From Verrucomicrobiota bacterium (lineage in GTDB: Bacteria; Verrucomicrobiota; Verrucomicrobiia; Limisphaerales; Palsa-1400): 56,953 nucleotides of DNA. Under the pieces are notes generated by a model. It searched no databases, had not been told where the DNA came from, and was given only the letters and a program-made list of their open reading frames with translations. Of this stretch, positions 39,915-48,661 are shown piece by piece (position 1 is the first letter of the stretch; each line of letters begins with the position of its first letter). The stretch is taken from assembly GCA_049510745.1 (NCBI GenBank), contig JBEKYR010000034.1:1-56953 (forward strand), written 5' to 3'. The translations under genes were made by a program, and so were the position numbers.

Positions 39915-42900
39915 ATGAAACATAGATTCCTGGAGGTTTGCGCGTGCTGGCTTGCATTTGCTCTCAGCGCAAGCGCCGTGACTCCCACCATCCTTTCCCC
40001 ACCGCAAAGCGTCACCGTCAACAACGCTTCCGCCGCCGCCTTCACCGTCGTGGCGTCCAACGCAGCCAGCTACCAATGGCAGTTTTCGGGCACCAACGTT
40101 TCGGGCACGAACAATTTGCGGGGAGCGACCAACGCCACATTGAGCCTGGACAACGTGACCAGCAACCAGGCGGGGAGCTACACCGTGGTGGTGACCTCGT
40201 CGGACAACATTTCCGTGACGAGCGCGCCGCCGGCGGTGTTGACTTTGACGAATGGCACGATTGTGAAGTTGACATTCACCGGTTACACAGACGGCAGCAG
40301 CAACAATTTTTTGGTGCAGTTGTTTGACCATGATAAGCCGGCCACGGTGGAGAACTTCATCCATTACATTACATCCGGCGAGTTCAACAACATGTTTTGG
40401 AGCCGGTGCGTTCCAGGATTCGTTCTGCAAGGCGGGGATTTTGATGCCACGGATCGAACCAACACCACCCCTGGCGTGACGGGGACAAACATTGCGGCGA
40501 CGTTGGAGGGGAGCTTTACGTTTCCGGATCAGGTGGACAATGAATTCAATGTCGGTCCCTTGATTCACAACACCTTTGGAACGGTTGCCATGGCGAAAGT
40601 GGTGGGTGAGCCGGATTCGGCGCACAACGCCTTCTTTTTTAACCTGGCGGACAACTCGGCCAATCTTGATAATCAAAACGGCGGGTTCACCGTCTTCGGG
40701 CGAATCGTGTCCGACACCAACGTGCTGCTTTTTTTTAACTCATTGAACACCAACGGTGGCGGCATTATCGATTACACAATCTTCGCCACAAATTCAGGAA
40801 TTACAAGCCTTCCTGTCAATTATACTGGCACCAACGAGCCTGCCAATGCGAATCTGTACTTCTGCGATTTCGCGTTCCAGACGCCGCCGCCGGTCGATAC
40901 GAACCCGCCGACGGTGGCGTTTACCTACCCGCCCGCCGGCGCGGTCCTGACCAATGGCAGCCCGTTGACCATCACAGGAACGGCGTCGGATAATGTCGGA
41001 TTGGCCCGCGTTCGCTGCGATTTATATCCGCAAAATGGCGCCTACGGTTATTCGCCCTTCGGCGTTGACGCCCTCGGCACGACCCTCTGGTCGTTCAACG
41101 TCAACGAGTTTCTATCGAACAACGTGCCCAGCGAAAAAGGAATCGTGCAGCCGGGCATCTATAACATTGTCGCCACCTCCCAGGACGGCGCGGGAAACCT
41201 GAGCCAGAACCTGATCCAGCAACTCACCATTACCGCCGTCACCATCAACGGCAATGGAACCGTGAAGTACGCGCAGTACGGCACGACCGATACCCCCGTC
41301 AACGCGGTTGGGGCTAATTTCCAGGACGGAGTGGAATATGCGTTGGAAGCCACGCCCGGCGCCGGCGCAACTTTCGTCAATTGGAGTGCCGGTTTGAACG
41401 CTTCGCTGAGTTCCAACGTGACCTTCAGCATGTCGGATGGCCTGCTTTTTGCGGCAACTTTCGTCTCAAACGCCATCCCTGCCATCATCACTCTCACCAA
41501 TCCGGCCGCCAATGCCCAACTGACCAACGGCGCCTTTAACATCAGCGGCACGATCGCTGGAGTTCCGCCGGTCCAAGTGACCTGCCGGCTCTTTTCCACG
41601 AACACGTTGCAATCGATCGCGGCGCCAGTCACCGTCGCCGGCACAAACAGCTTTTCTTTCGGGGTGACCAATCTCGCGCCGGGCAACTATATCGCCCAGG
41701 CGCTGGCGCAAGATGCCCAAGGCAACGCCTCAGTTGTCATGAATAATTTCACGGTGATGGCACCCATGACGATTATCACGAACATGGGCGGCGTCCTGAC
41801 AACCAATGGGCCTGTCTCTACTGTGCCCGGCACCCACACCCTCAAGGCGGCGCCCATCCCCGGGTATGTCTTTTACAGTTGGAATGACGGGGTCAACACA
41901 ACGTTGAACCCCTCCAAGACGATTGACCTCCTGTCAAACCTGACCCTGACAGTCACCTTCGTTCCCGAGGACGCGTCGTTGAAGGGCATTACGTTCACCT
42001 ATCCCCTGGCGAACGCGAAAGTGCCCAGCAATACATTCAACAGGGTGGAGGTAAAAGCTCCGGCATCGCTGAGCGTCACGCAGATGACCTGCCAGTTGTT
42101 CCTGCAATCCAACGGCGTCACGGCGTCGCCGCAACCCGTCACAGATCACACGGCCAATAAATGGACTTTCCCCGTGACCAATCTCACGCCGGGGCCTTAC
42201 ACGATTTTGGCGGTGGCGTACGATGATAAGGGCAACAGCAGGCTGGTGTCGGAGAACTTCAATCTGCTGGCGAAGTTAGCCGTCGAGGTCCAGCCGCCCG
42301 GCAAAGGCACCGTGACCGCCGGGCTGAACGGGAAATACCTCGAGGTCGGCAAAACCTACAATATTTCCGCCACGCCGAAATCGGGGCAGGTATTCGCGTT
42401 CTGGACGGGCGGGGCGACAACCCCATACAGCGCGGCGACCACGTTTGTCATGTCAAGCAATACGGTGTTGACGGCCAATTTCACAAACAACCTTTTTCCC
42501 GCGGTGGCGGGCACTTACACCGGGCTGTTTTTCAATCCGGCCAACGTCACGCCGACCAACGCCGGATTTGTCACTCTCACCACCACCAGATCGGGCGCTT
42601 TTAGCGGCAAGCTGATGTTTCCTTCGCGCGGCTATTCACTCGCCTCCAGGTTTATTTATAATGGCTTCAATGAACTTAGAGGGAGAGGGCTTGATTCCAA
42701 CACTCTGATTGTGAATCTGAATCTCGATTTGACAAATGACACTGACACCATCACCGGCTATGTCATGGACCAACTCTCTCCCGGATTGTACCTCTGGTCG
42801 AACAGTTTGATTCTCTATCGGGCCACCAACCACCTTTCCAGCACCAACGCGCCCGTGCCCGGAAAATATGTCGTTCTCTTACAGCCCGAAAACGCCACCA

Positions 42901-43454
42901 ACGGCCCCGTCACCGACGGGTATGCAGCGATCTCGCTTGGAAGCGGCGGCGCCTTGGCTCTGGGCGGAACGTTGCCCGATAATACCGCCATTTCCGAGTC
43001 CGCCAAAATTTCCAAAGCCGGCATCTGGCACGTCTATATTGTTCCGGCAAGCTACAAGGGCAAAGGGATGATTATCGGCTGGCAAACCAACACGCCCTCG
43101 GGCGGGTGCAATGGCCGGCTCTTTTGGGTCAAGCCGGCGATCGGCTCGGCCAGGAATCTGGCTTCAACCGGAGCGAAATTCGAGGCCCCCGTCGCGGACA
43201 CGAATTATCAGATGGTCCTGGCCGGAGGAATCACCAATTCTCTGCCGGTCAACAAATCGCACCAGTTTGTGCCCGTTGCGCCCATCACAGGAATCTCCCT
43301 CCTGCCCACCGGTGTTCTGTCGGGACACATTGACCTCAACGGTGACAAGCGTCCCTTCAAAGGCGCTTTCATCAGCCCGTCCGAAGGCGGGGCCGGATTC
43401 ATTCTGGAAACCGGCGGCCAGACTGACCCGTTCGAGATTTCCATCGAGCCGTGA
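39915..43454 (+). CDS. Secreted cyclophilin-type PPIase domain fused to Ig-like repeats
   Basis: Signal peptide, Ig domain, P.TVENF..Y...R.VPGFVLQGG...GTVAMAK...FFFNL.DN...LD....FTVFG, then Big/InlB-like repeats. Confidence 0.85.
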   Translation: MKHRFLEVCACWLAFALSASAVTPTILSPPQSVTVNNASAAAFTVVASNAASYQWQFSGTNVSGTNNLRGATNATLSLDNVTSNQAGSYTVVVTSSDNISVTSAPPAVLTLTNGTIVKLTFTGYTDGSSNNFLVQLFDHDKPATVENFIHYITSGEFNNMFWSRCVPGFVLQGGDFDATDRTNTTPGVTGTNIAATLEGSFTFPDQVDNEFNVGPLIHNTFGTVAMAKVVGEPDSAHNAFFFNLADNSANLDNQNGGFTVFGRIVSDTNVLLFFNSLNTNGGGIIDYTIFATNSGITSLPVNYTGTNEPANANLYFCDFAFQTPPPVDTNPPTVAFTYPPAGAVLTNGSPLTITGTASDNVGLARVRCDLYPQNGAYGYSPFGVDALGTTLWSFNVNEFLSNNVPSEKGIVQPGIYNIVATSQDGAGNLSQNLIQQLTITAVTINGNGTVKYAQYGTTDTPVNAVGANFQDGVEYALEATPGAGATFVNWSAGLNASLSSNVTFSMSDGLLFAATFVSNAIPAIITLTNPAANAQLTNGAFNISGTIAGVPPVQVTCRLFSTNTLQSIAAPVTVAGTNSFSFGVTNLAPGNYIAQALAQDAQGNASVVMNNFTVMAPMTIITNMGGVLTTNGPVSTVPGTHTLKAAPIPGYVFYSWNDGVNTTLNPSKTIDLLSNLTLTVTFVPEDASLKGITFTYPLANAKVPSNTFNRVEVKAPASLSVTQMTCQLFLQSNGVTASPQPVTDHTANKWTFPVTNLTPGPYTILAVAYDDKGNSRLVSENFNLLAKLAVEVQPPGKGTVTAGLNGKYLEVGKTYNISATPKSGQVFAFWTGGATTPYSAATTFVMSSNTVLTANFTNNLFPAVAGTYTGLFFNPANVTPTNAGFVTLTTTRSGAFSGKLMFPSRGYSLASRFIYNGFNELRGRGLDSNTLIVNLNLDLTNDTDTITGYVMDQLSPGLYLWSNSLILYRATNHLSSTNAPVPGKYVVLLQPENATNGPVTDGYAAISLGSGGALALGGTLPDNTAISESAKISKAGIWHVYIVPASYKGKGMIIGWQTNTPSGGCNGRLFWVKPAIGSARNLASTGAKFEAPVADTNYQMVLAGGITNSLPVNKSHQFVPVAPITGISLLPTGVLSGHIDLNGDKRPFKGAFISPSEGGAGFILETGGQTDPFEISIEP

Positions 43455-43585
43455 TGGGAAAAGGCGGCGCGGCGAAGGCGCGCGCCTCCTCCTCCGTTTC
43501 ATGGCTGCACGCAATGTCTGTCAGGCAGAAATTATTTGCTCAAAATTGCTTTCCTCTTCGCCCGCTGTGTGCCAGACTGCCGGAA

Positions 43586-45583
43586 ATGGAACAGAAAGAT
43601 TTTCGGCGCACGATCGTGGTTTGCCTCCTGCTGGGGCTGGGCACGATCGCGCTGTACGCTCCGGCGCTGACCTTCAGTTTTGTCAACTATGATGATCAGC
43701 TTTATGTCCTCAACAATCCCAATGTCAATCATGGGCTGACCGCCGCCGGCCTGGGCTGGGCGTTCCAGGCCGGGTACGCGGCCAATTGGCATCCGCTGAC
43801 GTGGTTGTCGCACATGGTGGACTGCCAGGTGTTTGGCCTGCGCCCGGGCGGCCCTCACGCCATCAATGTGCTCCTGCACGCGCTGAATTGCGTGCTTTTA
43901 TTCCAGGTGCTGCGGCGGTTGACGGGCGCTTTCTGGCGCAGCGCCATGGTCGCCGCGCTCTTCGCCTGGCACCCGCTGCACGTGGAATCGGTCGCGTGGA
44001 TCGCGGAACGAAAGGATGTGCTGAGCACGTTCTTCTTGTTTTTGACGCTGTGGGCCTGGGTCCGCTACGTGGAGGATTTTAAAATCAAGGGTTCAAAGTT
44101 CAAAGTTTTCTATGTTGCCGCGCTGGTTCTTTTCGCCCTGGGGCTGCTGTCCAAGCCGATGGTGGTGACGCTGCCGTGCATGTTGCTCCTGCTGGATTGG
44201 TGGCCGCTGGGACGTTTGCAACTGGGGCCGGCGCCGGCCGGCGCGGAAGCGCCGCCGCCGGTCGCGCGGCAAATGGCGCGTCTGGTGGTCGAAAAAATCC
44301 CGTTTTTTGTTTTGTCCCTCGGCTCGAGCATTATCACGGTGATTGCCGAGCGGCGCGAGGGTTCCGCGTCGATTGTGGCGCGGTTGCCGTTCAAGGTGCG
44401 GTTTGTCACCGCCGTCCTTTCCTACTTTCGCTATCTGGCAAAAACTTTTTGGCCGACGGACTTGGGCGCGACGTATCCCTTTGTGTTTCGGCATTCCAGA
44501 TGGGAGTTGGTGGCTGTGGCGCTGCTCCTGGCGGGGATTACAGTCATGGCTTTCGGCGCGCGCAAATCCCGCCCGTACTGGCTTTTTGGCTGGCTCTGGT
44601 TTTTGGGCACGTTGTTTCCAACGCTCAATCTGGTGGCGGCGGGCGGACAACCGATGGCGGACCGCTACATGTATATCCCGTCGATAGGTTTGTTCGTTCT
44701 GATTTGCTGGGAGGTGTATGATTTGGCGGCGGCCTCGCAGTATGCGCAGGTGATCCTGGGAGGATTGTGCGGCGCGGCGCTGGCCGGCTGTTGCGTTCTG
44801 AGTTCCTTTCAACTCCAATACTGGAGAAATGAGGAGAGCCTGGTTTCGCGCGTCCCGATGTCCGATTACAATTTTATCGGCCACGCCAACTATGCGGCGT
44901 TTCTCATGCATCATAACCAGTTGGCCAAGGCGGAGGCCGAATGTAACAAGGCGATCAGCATCTCGCCCACCTACGGTTTGCTGAGCGCGCTGATGGGCGA
45001 CATCCTGCTGATGGAGGGGAAATTCGACCAATCGATCGAAAGGCTCAATTTCGCGCTGAAAGCCGATCCGACCCTGGTCGATGCCCGCCTGCCGCTCGGA
45101 CGCGCTTTGCTGGCCAAGAGACGGCCCCTCGAGGCGGCGGCGGATTTCAAAGCGGTCTTGCAGGCTGAACCGCGTAATTTTGAGGCCGAGACCTGGCTCG
45201 GCAGAGCTTTGCTGATCCAAGGCAAGACGGCCGACGGCATCGCGGAGTTTCGTCGGTCGCTAACCTTGCAGCCAAACCAGCCCGAAGTGTTGAATGACCT
45301 GGCTTGGATTCTGGCAACCAGCCCGCATCTGGAAATCCGGAACGGCGCCGAAGCGGTGAAACTGGCCAGCCGCGCCTGCCAATTGATGGGCAACAAGCAG
45401 CCAATTCTGATCGGCACCCTGGCGGCCGCGTATGCCGAAGCCGGCCGCTGGGATGAGGCCGTGGCAGCGGCGCAGCAGGCCCACGATCTGGCCGCCGCGG
45501 ACGGCTTAAAGGCGCTGGCGGACAGGAACCTCCAGTTGCAGCGGCTCTACCGCGCCCACGTGGCTTACCGCGAAACTCAGTGA
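43586..45583 (+). CDS. TMTC-like GT-C membrane protein with C-terminal TPRs (paralog 2)
   Basis: Same motifs as 37722-39848 (FVNYDD, NWHPLTWLSH, VESVAWIAERKDVL, MADRYMY) plus TPRs. Confidence 0.85.
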   Translation: MEQKDFRRTIVVCLLLGLGTIALYAPALTFSFVNYDDQLYVLNNPNVNHGLTAAGLGWAFQAGYAANWHPLTWLSHMVDCQVFGLRPGGPHAINVLLHALNCVLLFQVLRRLTGAFWRSAMVAALFAWHPLHVESVAWIAERKDVLSTFFLFLTLWAWVRYVEDFKIKGSKFKVFYVAALVLFALGLLSKPMVVTLPCMLLLLDWWPLGRLQLGPAPAGAEAPPPVARQMARLVVEKIPFFVLSLGSSIITVIAERREGSASIVARLPFKVRFVTAVLSYFRYLAKTFWPTDLGATYPFVFRHSRWELVAVALLLAGITVMAFGARKSRPYWLFGWLWFLGTLFPTLNLVAAGGQPMADRYMYIPSIGLFVLICWEVYDLAAASQYAQVILGGLCGAALAGCCVLSSFQLQYWRNEESLVSRVPMSDYNFIGHANYAAFLMHHNQLAKAEAECNKAISISPTYGLLSALMGDILLMEGKFDQSIERLNFALKADPTLVDARLPLGRALLAKRRPLEAAADFKAVLQAEPRNFEAETWLGRALLIQGKTADGIAEFRRSLTLQPNQPEVLNDLAWILATSPHLEIRNGAEAVKLASRACQLMGNKQPILIGTLAAAYAEAGRWDEAVAAAQQAHDLAAADGLKALADRNLQLQRLYRAHVAYRETQ

Positions 45584-45734
45584 ACACCGCGGTTCGGCGC
45601 GTTGGCGGCAGGCCAAAGAAATTGAATCGCCTGTAACCTTTTCCCCACCGCGAGAGTCTGGATAGGAGATCAGCCGATTGCGGGATGCTGGCATCCGACG
45701 GGCAGCCGGCTGTGGTAACAACGCTCTAAAAAAT

Positions 45735-46181
45735 ATGGACTCTAAAACGATGACAGCACGTTTCTTTTTCAAAGCCATTGCGTGCGCAATGGCTTTCGTT
45801 GGCACGGTCGCCTTGGCGCAGGCACAAGACACCAAACTCGATCCTTCCGGCAAGTGGATTTGGACCACCCCCGGTCGAAACGGCGGCCCCGATCGAACGA
45901 ACACGCTCACTCTCAAATACTCCGGCGGCGCGTTAACCGGGTCGATCAAGGCTCCCAGACGCGGCGGCGAATCCAGTTCGACGGATATTTCCGACGGCAA
46001 ACTGGCGGGCGATAAAATCTCCTTCAAGACCACCCGCGACGCCGGCGGCAACACGCTGACGGACACCTACGAAGGCACCCTGACGGCGGACTCGATCAAA
46101 GGAAAGATCACAAGCACGGGCGGCACCCGGGAGCGTCCGCCGCGCGATTGGGAGGCCAAACGCGAAGCGGCCAGCAAGTAA
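45735..46181 (+). CDS. Small secreted beta-rich hypothetical protein
   Basis: Signal peptide; SGKW.W...TLTLK..GG.LTG...G..ISF...Y.G.L..D.IKG...W.AKR. Confidence 0.75.
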   Translation: MDSKTMTARFFFKAIACAMAFVGTVALAQAQDTKLDPSGKWIWTTPGRNGGPDRTNTLTLKYSGGALTGSIKAPRRGGESSSTDISDGKLAGDKISFKTTRDAGGNTLTDTYEGTLTADSIKGKITSTGGTRERPPRDWEAKREAASK

Positions 46182-46202
46182 TTTGCAGGAATTGACAGTG
46201 GG

Positions 46203-46235
46203 ACGGCGCGGTTCCTGCGAGCCGCGCCGTTTTTT
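46203..46235 (+). terminator. Rho-independent terminator
   Basis: ACGGCGCGGTTC/GAGCCGCGCCGT stem followed by a T-run. Confidence 0.75.
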
Positions 46236-46283
46236 GCTTTCGTCCCGGTGGCGGGGCGGATAGCATGGCCGGACTTGAATCTT

Positions 46284-47021
46284 ATGAAACTATTCAGCGC
46301 ATTTTTGGCCTCAGCTTCATGCGGCGCCCTGTTGGTTTTGCCTTCCGGCGCGCAGGACACCAACAACACCCTGACCGACGCGGAAAAGGCCGCGGGCTGG
46401 CAGCTTCTCTTCAATGGGAAGGATGCCAGCGGATGGCATAATTTCAAACAGGACGGCCTCCGGCCCGGCTGGCAGGTCAAGGACGGCACCCTGGTGTGCG
46501 TCGATCCCCAGAGTGCCGGAGACATTGTGACGAGCAATCAATTTGATTGGTTCGAGTTGCAACTGGATTACAACATCTCCCACGCCGGAAACAGCGGGAT
46601 CATGTATCATGTCACCGACAAAGGCCCCTTCATTTGGGCGACCGGTCCCGAATTCCAGTTGGAGGACAATGCCGCCGCCGCCGATCCCGTCCGCTGCGGC
46701 TGGCTTTATGCCTTGTACCAACCACCCATCGACCCGGCCACCGGCAAGATACTCGACGCCACCAAGCCCGTCGGGGAATGGAACCATGTCCGCCTGCTGA
46801 TCTCGCCGCAGAAGTGCGAACACGAGATCAACGGGGTGAAGTACTTCGAATATGTTCTGCATAGCGACGACTTCAACACCCGGGTCGCGCAAAGCAAATT
46901 CTGCAGAATGCCCAATTTTGCCCGGTCCGACCTCGGTTCCATCGGCCTGCAAGGCGATCATGGCTCCGTCGCCTTCCGCAACATCAAGATTCGCCCGATC
47001 AAGCCACAGGCATCGCCCTAG
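46284..47021 (+). CDS. DUF1080 (3-keto-disaccharide hydrolase-like) secreted protein
   Basis: NTLT.AEK.AGW.LLFNGKD..GW, NSGIMY, GPEFQ..D, GEWN, IGLQGDHG.V.FRNIKIR. Confidence 0.9.
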   Translation: MKLFSAFLASASCGALLVLPSGAQDTNNTLTDAEKAAGWQLLFNGKDASGWHNFKQDGLRPGWQVKDGTLVCVDPQSAGDIVTSNQFDWFELQLDYNISHAGNSGIMYHVTDKGPFIWATGPEFQLEDNAAAADPVRCGWLYALYQPPIDPATGKILDATKPVGEWNHVRLLISPQKCEHEINGVKYFEYVLHSDDFNTRVAQSKFCRMPNFARSDLGSIGLQGDHGSVAFRNIKIRPIKPQASP

Positions 47022-47704
47022 TTGAGTTCCGCCAAAAAGCGGTAGCCGACGCCGCGGACGGTGTCCAGGTGCTTGGCGGCGGGTCCGAGCTTTTCGCGCA
47101 GGCGGCGCATGTGGGTATCGACGGTGCGGGTGTCAATATGCGTTTCGTACTCCCACACGTCGCGCAGCAGTTGATCGCGGGACTGGACGTGGCCGCTGCG
47201 CTGAATCAACAGCGCCAGCAGCTTGAATTCCGTGGCGGTCAGCTCGACTCGTTTGCCTTTGACGGTGACCAGGTGGCGGGAGACATCGACCTGCAACGGG
47301 CCGAAAATGAAGGCCGTCTTGGCCTGCGGGCCGCTGTTCTGTTCGAGCCTCTTCTTGACGCGGAGCACCAGCTCGCGCGGGCTGAACGGCTTGGGCACGT
47401 AGTCCGTCGCGCCCAATTCCAGGCCGACAATCCGGTCGATCTCGCTGGCCCGGGCGGTGAGCATGATGATGGGGATGGCGCTGGTTTTGGGATCGCGCCG
47501 CAGCAGCTTGCAGACTTCCAATCCGTCCATTTCCGGCAGCATGAGGTCCAGGAGGATTAAATCGGGGGTGGCGGAGCGGGCCTTGCGCAGGGCTTCCGCG
47601 CCGTCCGCCGCCGTCTCGGTTTGAAAACCGGCCTGGCCGAGATTGTAGGTCACCAGATCCAGCACGTCCGGCTCATCGTCCACCACTAGAATCCTGGTTT
47701 TCAC
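47018..47704 (-). CDS. OmpR/PhoB-family response regulator (PhoB/PhoP-like)
   Basis: ILVVDDE, DLILLDLMLP, MLTAR, KPFSPREL, TRTVDTHMRRLREKL, TVRGVGY. Confidence 0.93.
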   Translation of the reverse strand: MKTRILVVDDEPDVLDLVTYNLGQAGFQTETAADGAEALRKARSATPDLILLDLMLPEMDGLEVCKLLRRDPKTSAIPIIMLTARASEIDRIVGLELGATDYVPKPFSPRELVLRVKKRLEQNSGPQAKTAFIFGPLQVDVSRHLVTVKGKRVELTATEFKLLALLIQRSGHVQSRDQLLRDVWEYETHIDTRTVDTHMRRLREKLGPAAKHLDTVRGVGYRFLAELN

Positions 47705-47749
47705 GCCTCCACTTTGGACAGACTTCCCGGCCCAGACAACGGCGGGAGC

Positions 47750-47767
47750 GTGACAAATAGGTTACAG
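47750..47767 (-). promoter_or_regulatory. Pho-box-like direct repeat
   Basis: Minus strand CTGTAAC-CTAT-TTGTCAC (11-nt period) about 45 nt upstream of the regulator start. Confidence 0.6.
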
Positions 47768-47769
47768 TT

Positions 47770-48621
47770 TTAAGACGGCGCGCTCCGCTGTTGATAGCCC
47801 TCGATCAGTTCCTTGATCCGTTGCGCGTCGCTTTTTCGATGGCCGTGGCTGGCGATGGGGTCCGTGCCGCCGGAGGACTCGATCAAAATCTCCGACCAGA
47901 TCAGACCGGTGCGAATATGCACTGAGGCCACTTTTTGAATCCCGACGCTCATCTCGTCCTTTCTGAACCACGATCGCTTGCGCCGGAGGACGGATTTCTC
48001 GGTCACTTCGATCACGGTCGGAAAAAGCAAGTTCCCGTGTGTCCACCGGCTGGCTTGAAAAGTTTCGGAAGGCATGGGAGCAATTAACGTCCCGGCGGGA
48101 CCGGAATTCAAGCTATTTCCCGCCGCTTCCGCGGCGTTTATCTTCTGCCACAGAGCGCTGGTGGACTTGCCGGGCACGACCGGCAGGATGACGATTTTAA
48201 CCCCGAGTTGTTCGAGCAGACGCCGTTCATCCTGGTTGATCGTCTCCAGCGTGTAGTCGCCGCCTTTGACATAAACATCGGGGCGGACGGCTTGCAGAAA
48301 GGCGCGGGCATCGAGTTCTGGAAAAACATGGACGGCATCCACCGACTCCAACGCCGCCAGGACGCTTGCCCGGTCCTGCTCGCTGTTCAGAGGCCGGCCC
48401 GGCCCTTTGAGCGTCCGCACCCCGTTATCACTGGTCACGCCGACCAGGAGCGCGTCGCCTTGGTCGCGCGCCTGCTGCAAACAGGTGACGTGGCCCAAAT
48501 GAAGAACATCGAAACACCCATTGGTCACGACCAACTTGCGGCCGGCGCTCCGCAACTGTTCCCGCCAGGGGCCGAGGGTGGAAGCGTCCAAAATCTTTTC
48601 CGCAAAATCCATCGCCGCCAT
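47770..48621 (-). CDS. RfaE domain II-like adenylyl/cytidylyltransferase, in frame with a downstream about 100-aa bacterial PH-like domain (own ATG at 48075)
   Basis: TNGCFDVLHLGH, KGPGRP, PDVYVKGGDY, GKSTS; no stop before MPSETFQASRW...I.KVASV.I.TG.IWS.I.IESSGG. Confidence 0.75.
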   Translation of the reverse strand: MAAMDFAEKILDASTLGPWREQLRSAGRKLVVTNGCFDVLHLGHVTCLQQARDQGDALLVGVTSDNGVRTLKGPGRPLNSEQDRASVLAALESVDAVHVFPELDARAFLQAVRPDVYVKGGDYTLETINQDERRLLEQLGVKIVILPVVPGKSTSALWQKINAAEAAGNSLNSGPAGTLIAPMPSETFQASRWTHGNLLFPTVIEVTEKSVLRRKRSWFRKDEMSVGIQKVASVHIRTGLIWSEILIESSGGTDPIASHGHRKSDAQRIKELIEGYQQRSAPS

Positions 48622-48661
48622 TGTGGTCGAACTGCCCGCGCCATGGCAATCTCGCAGTGGG

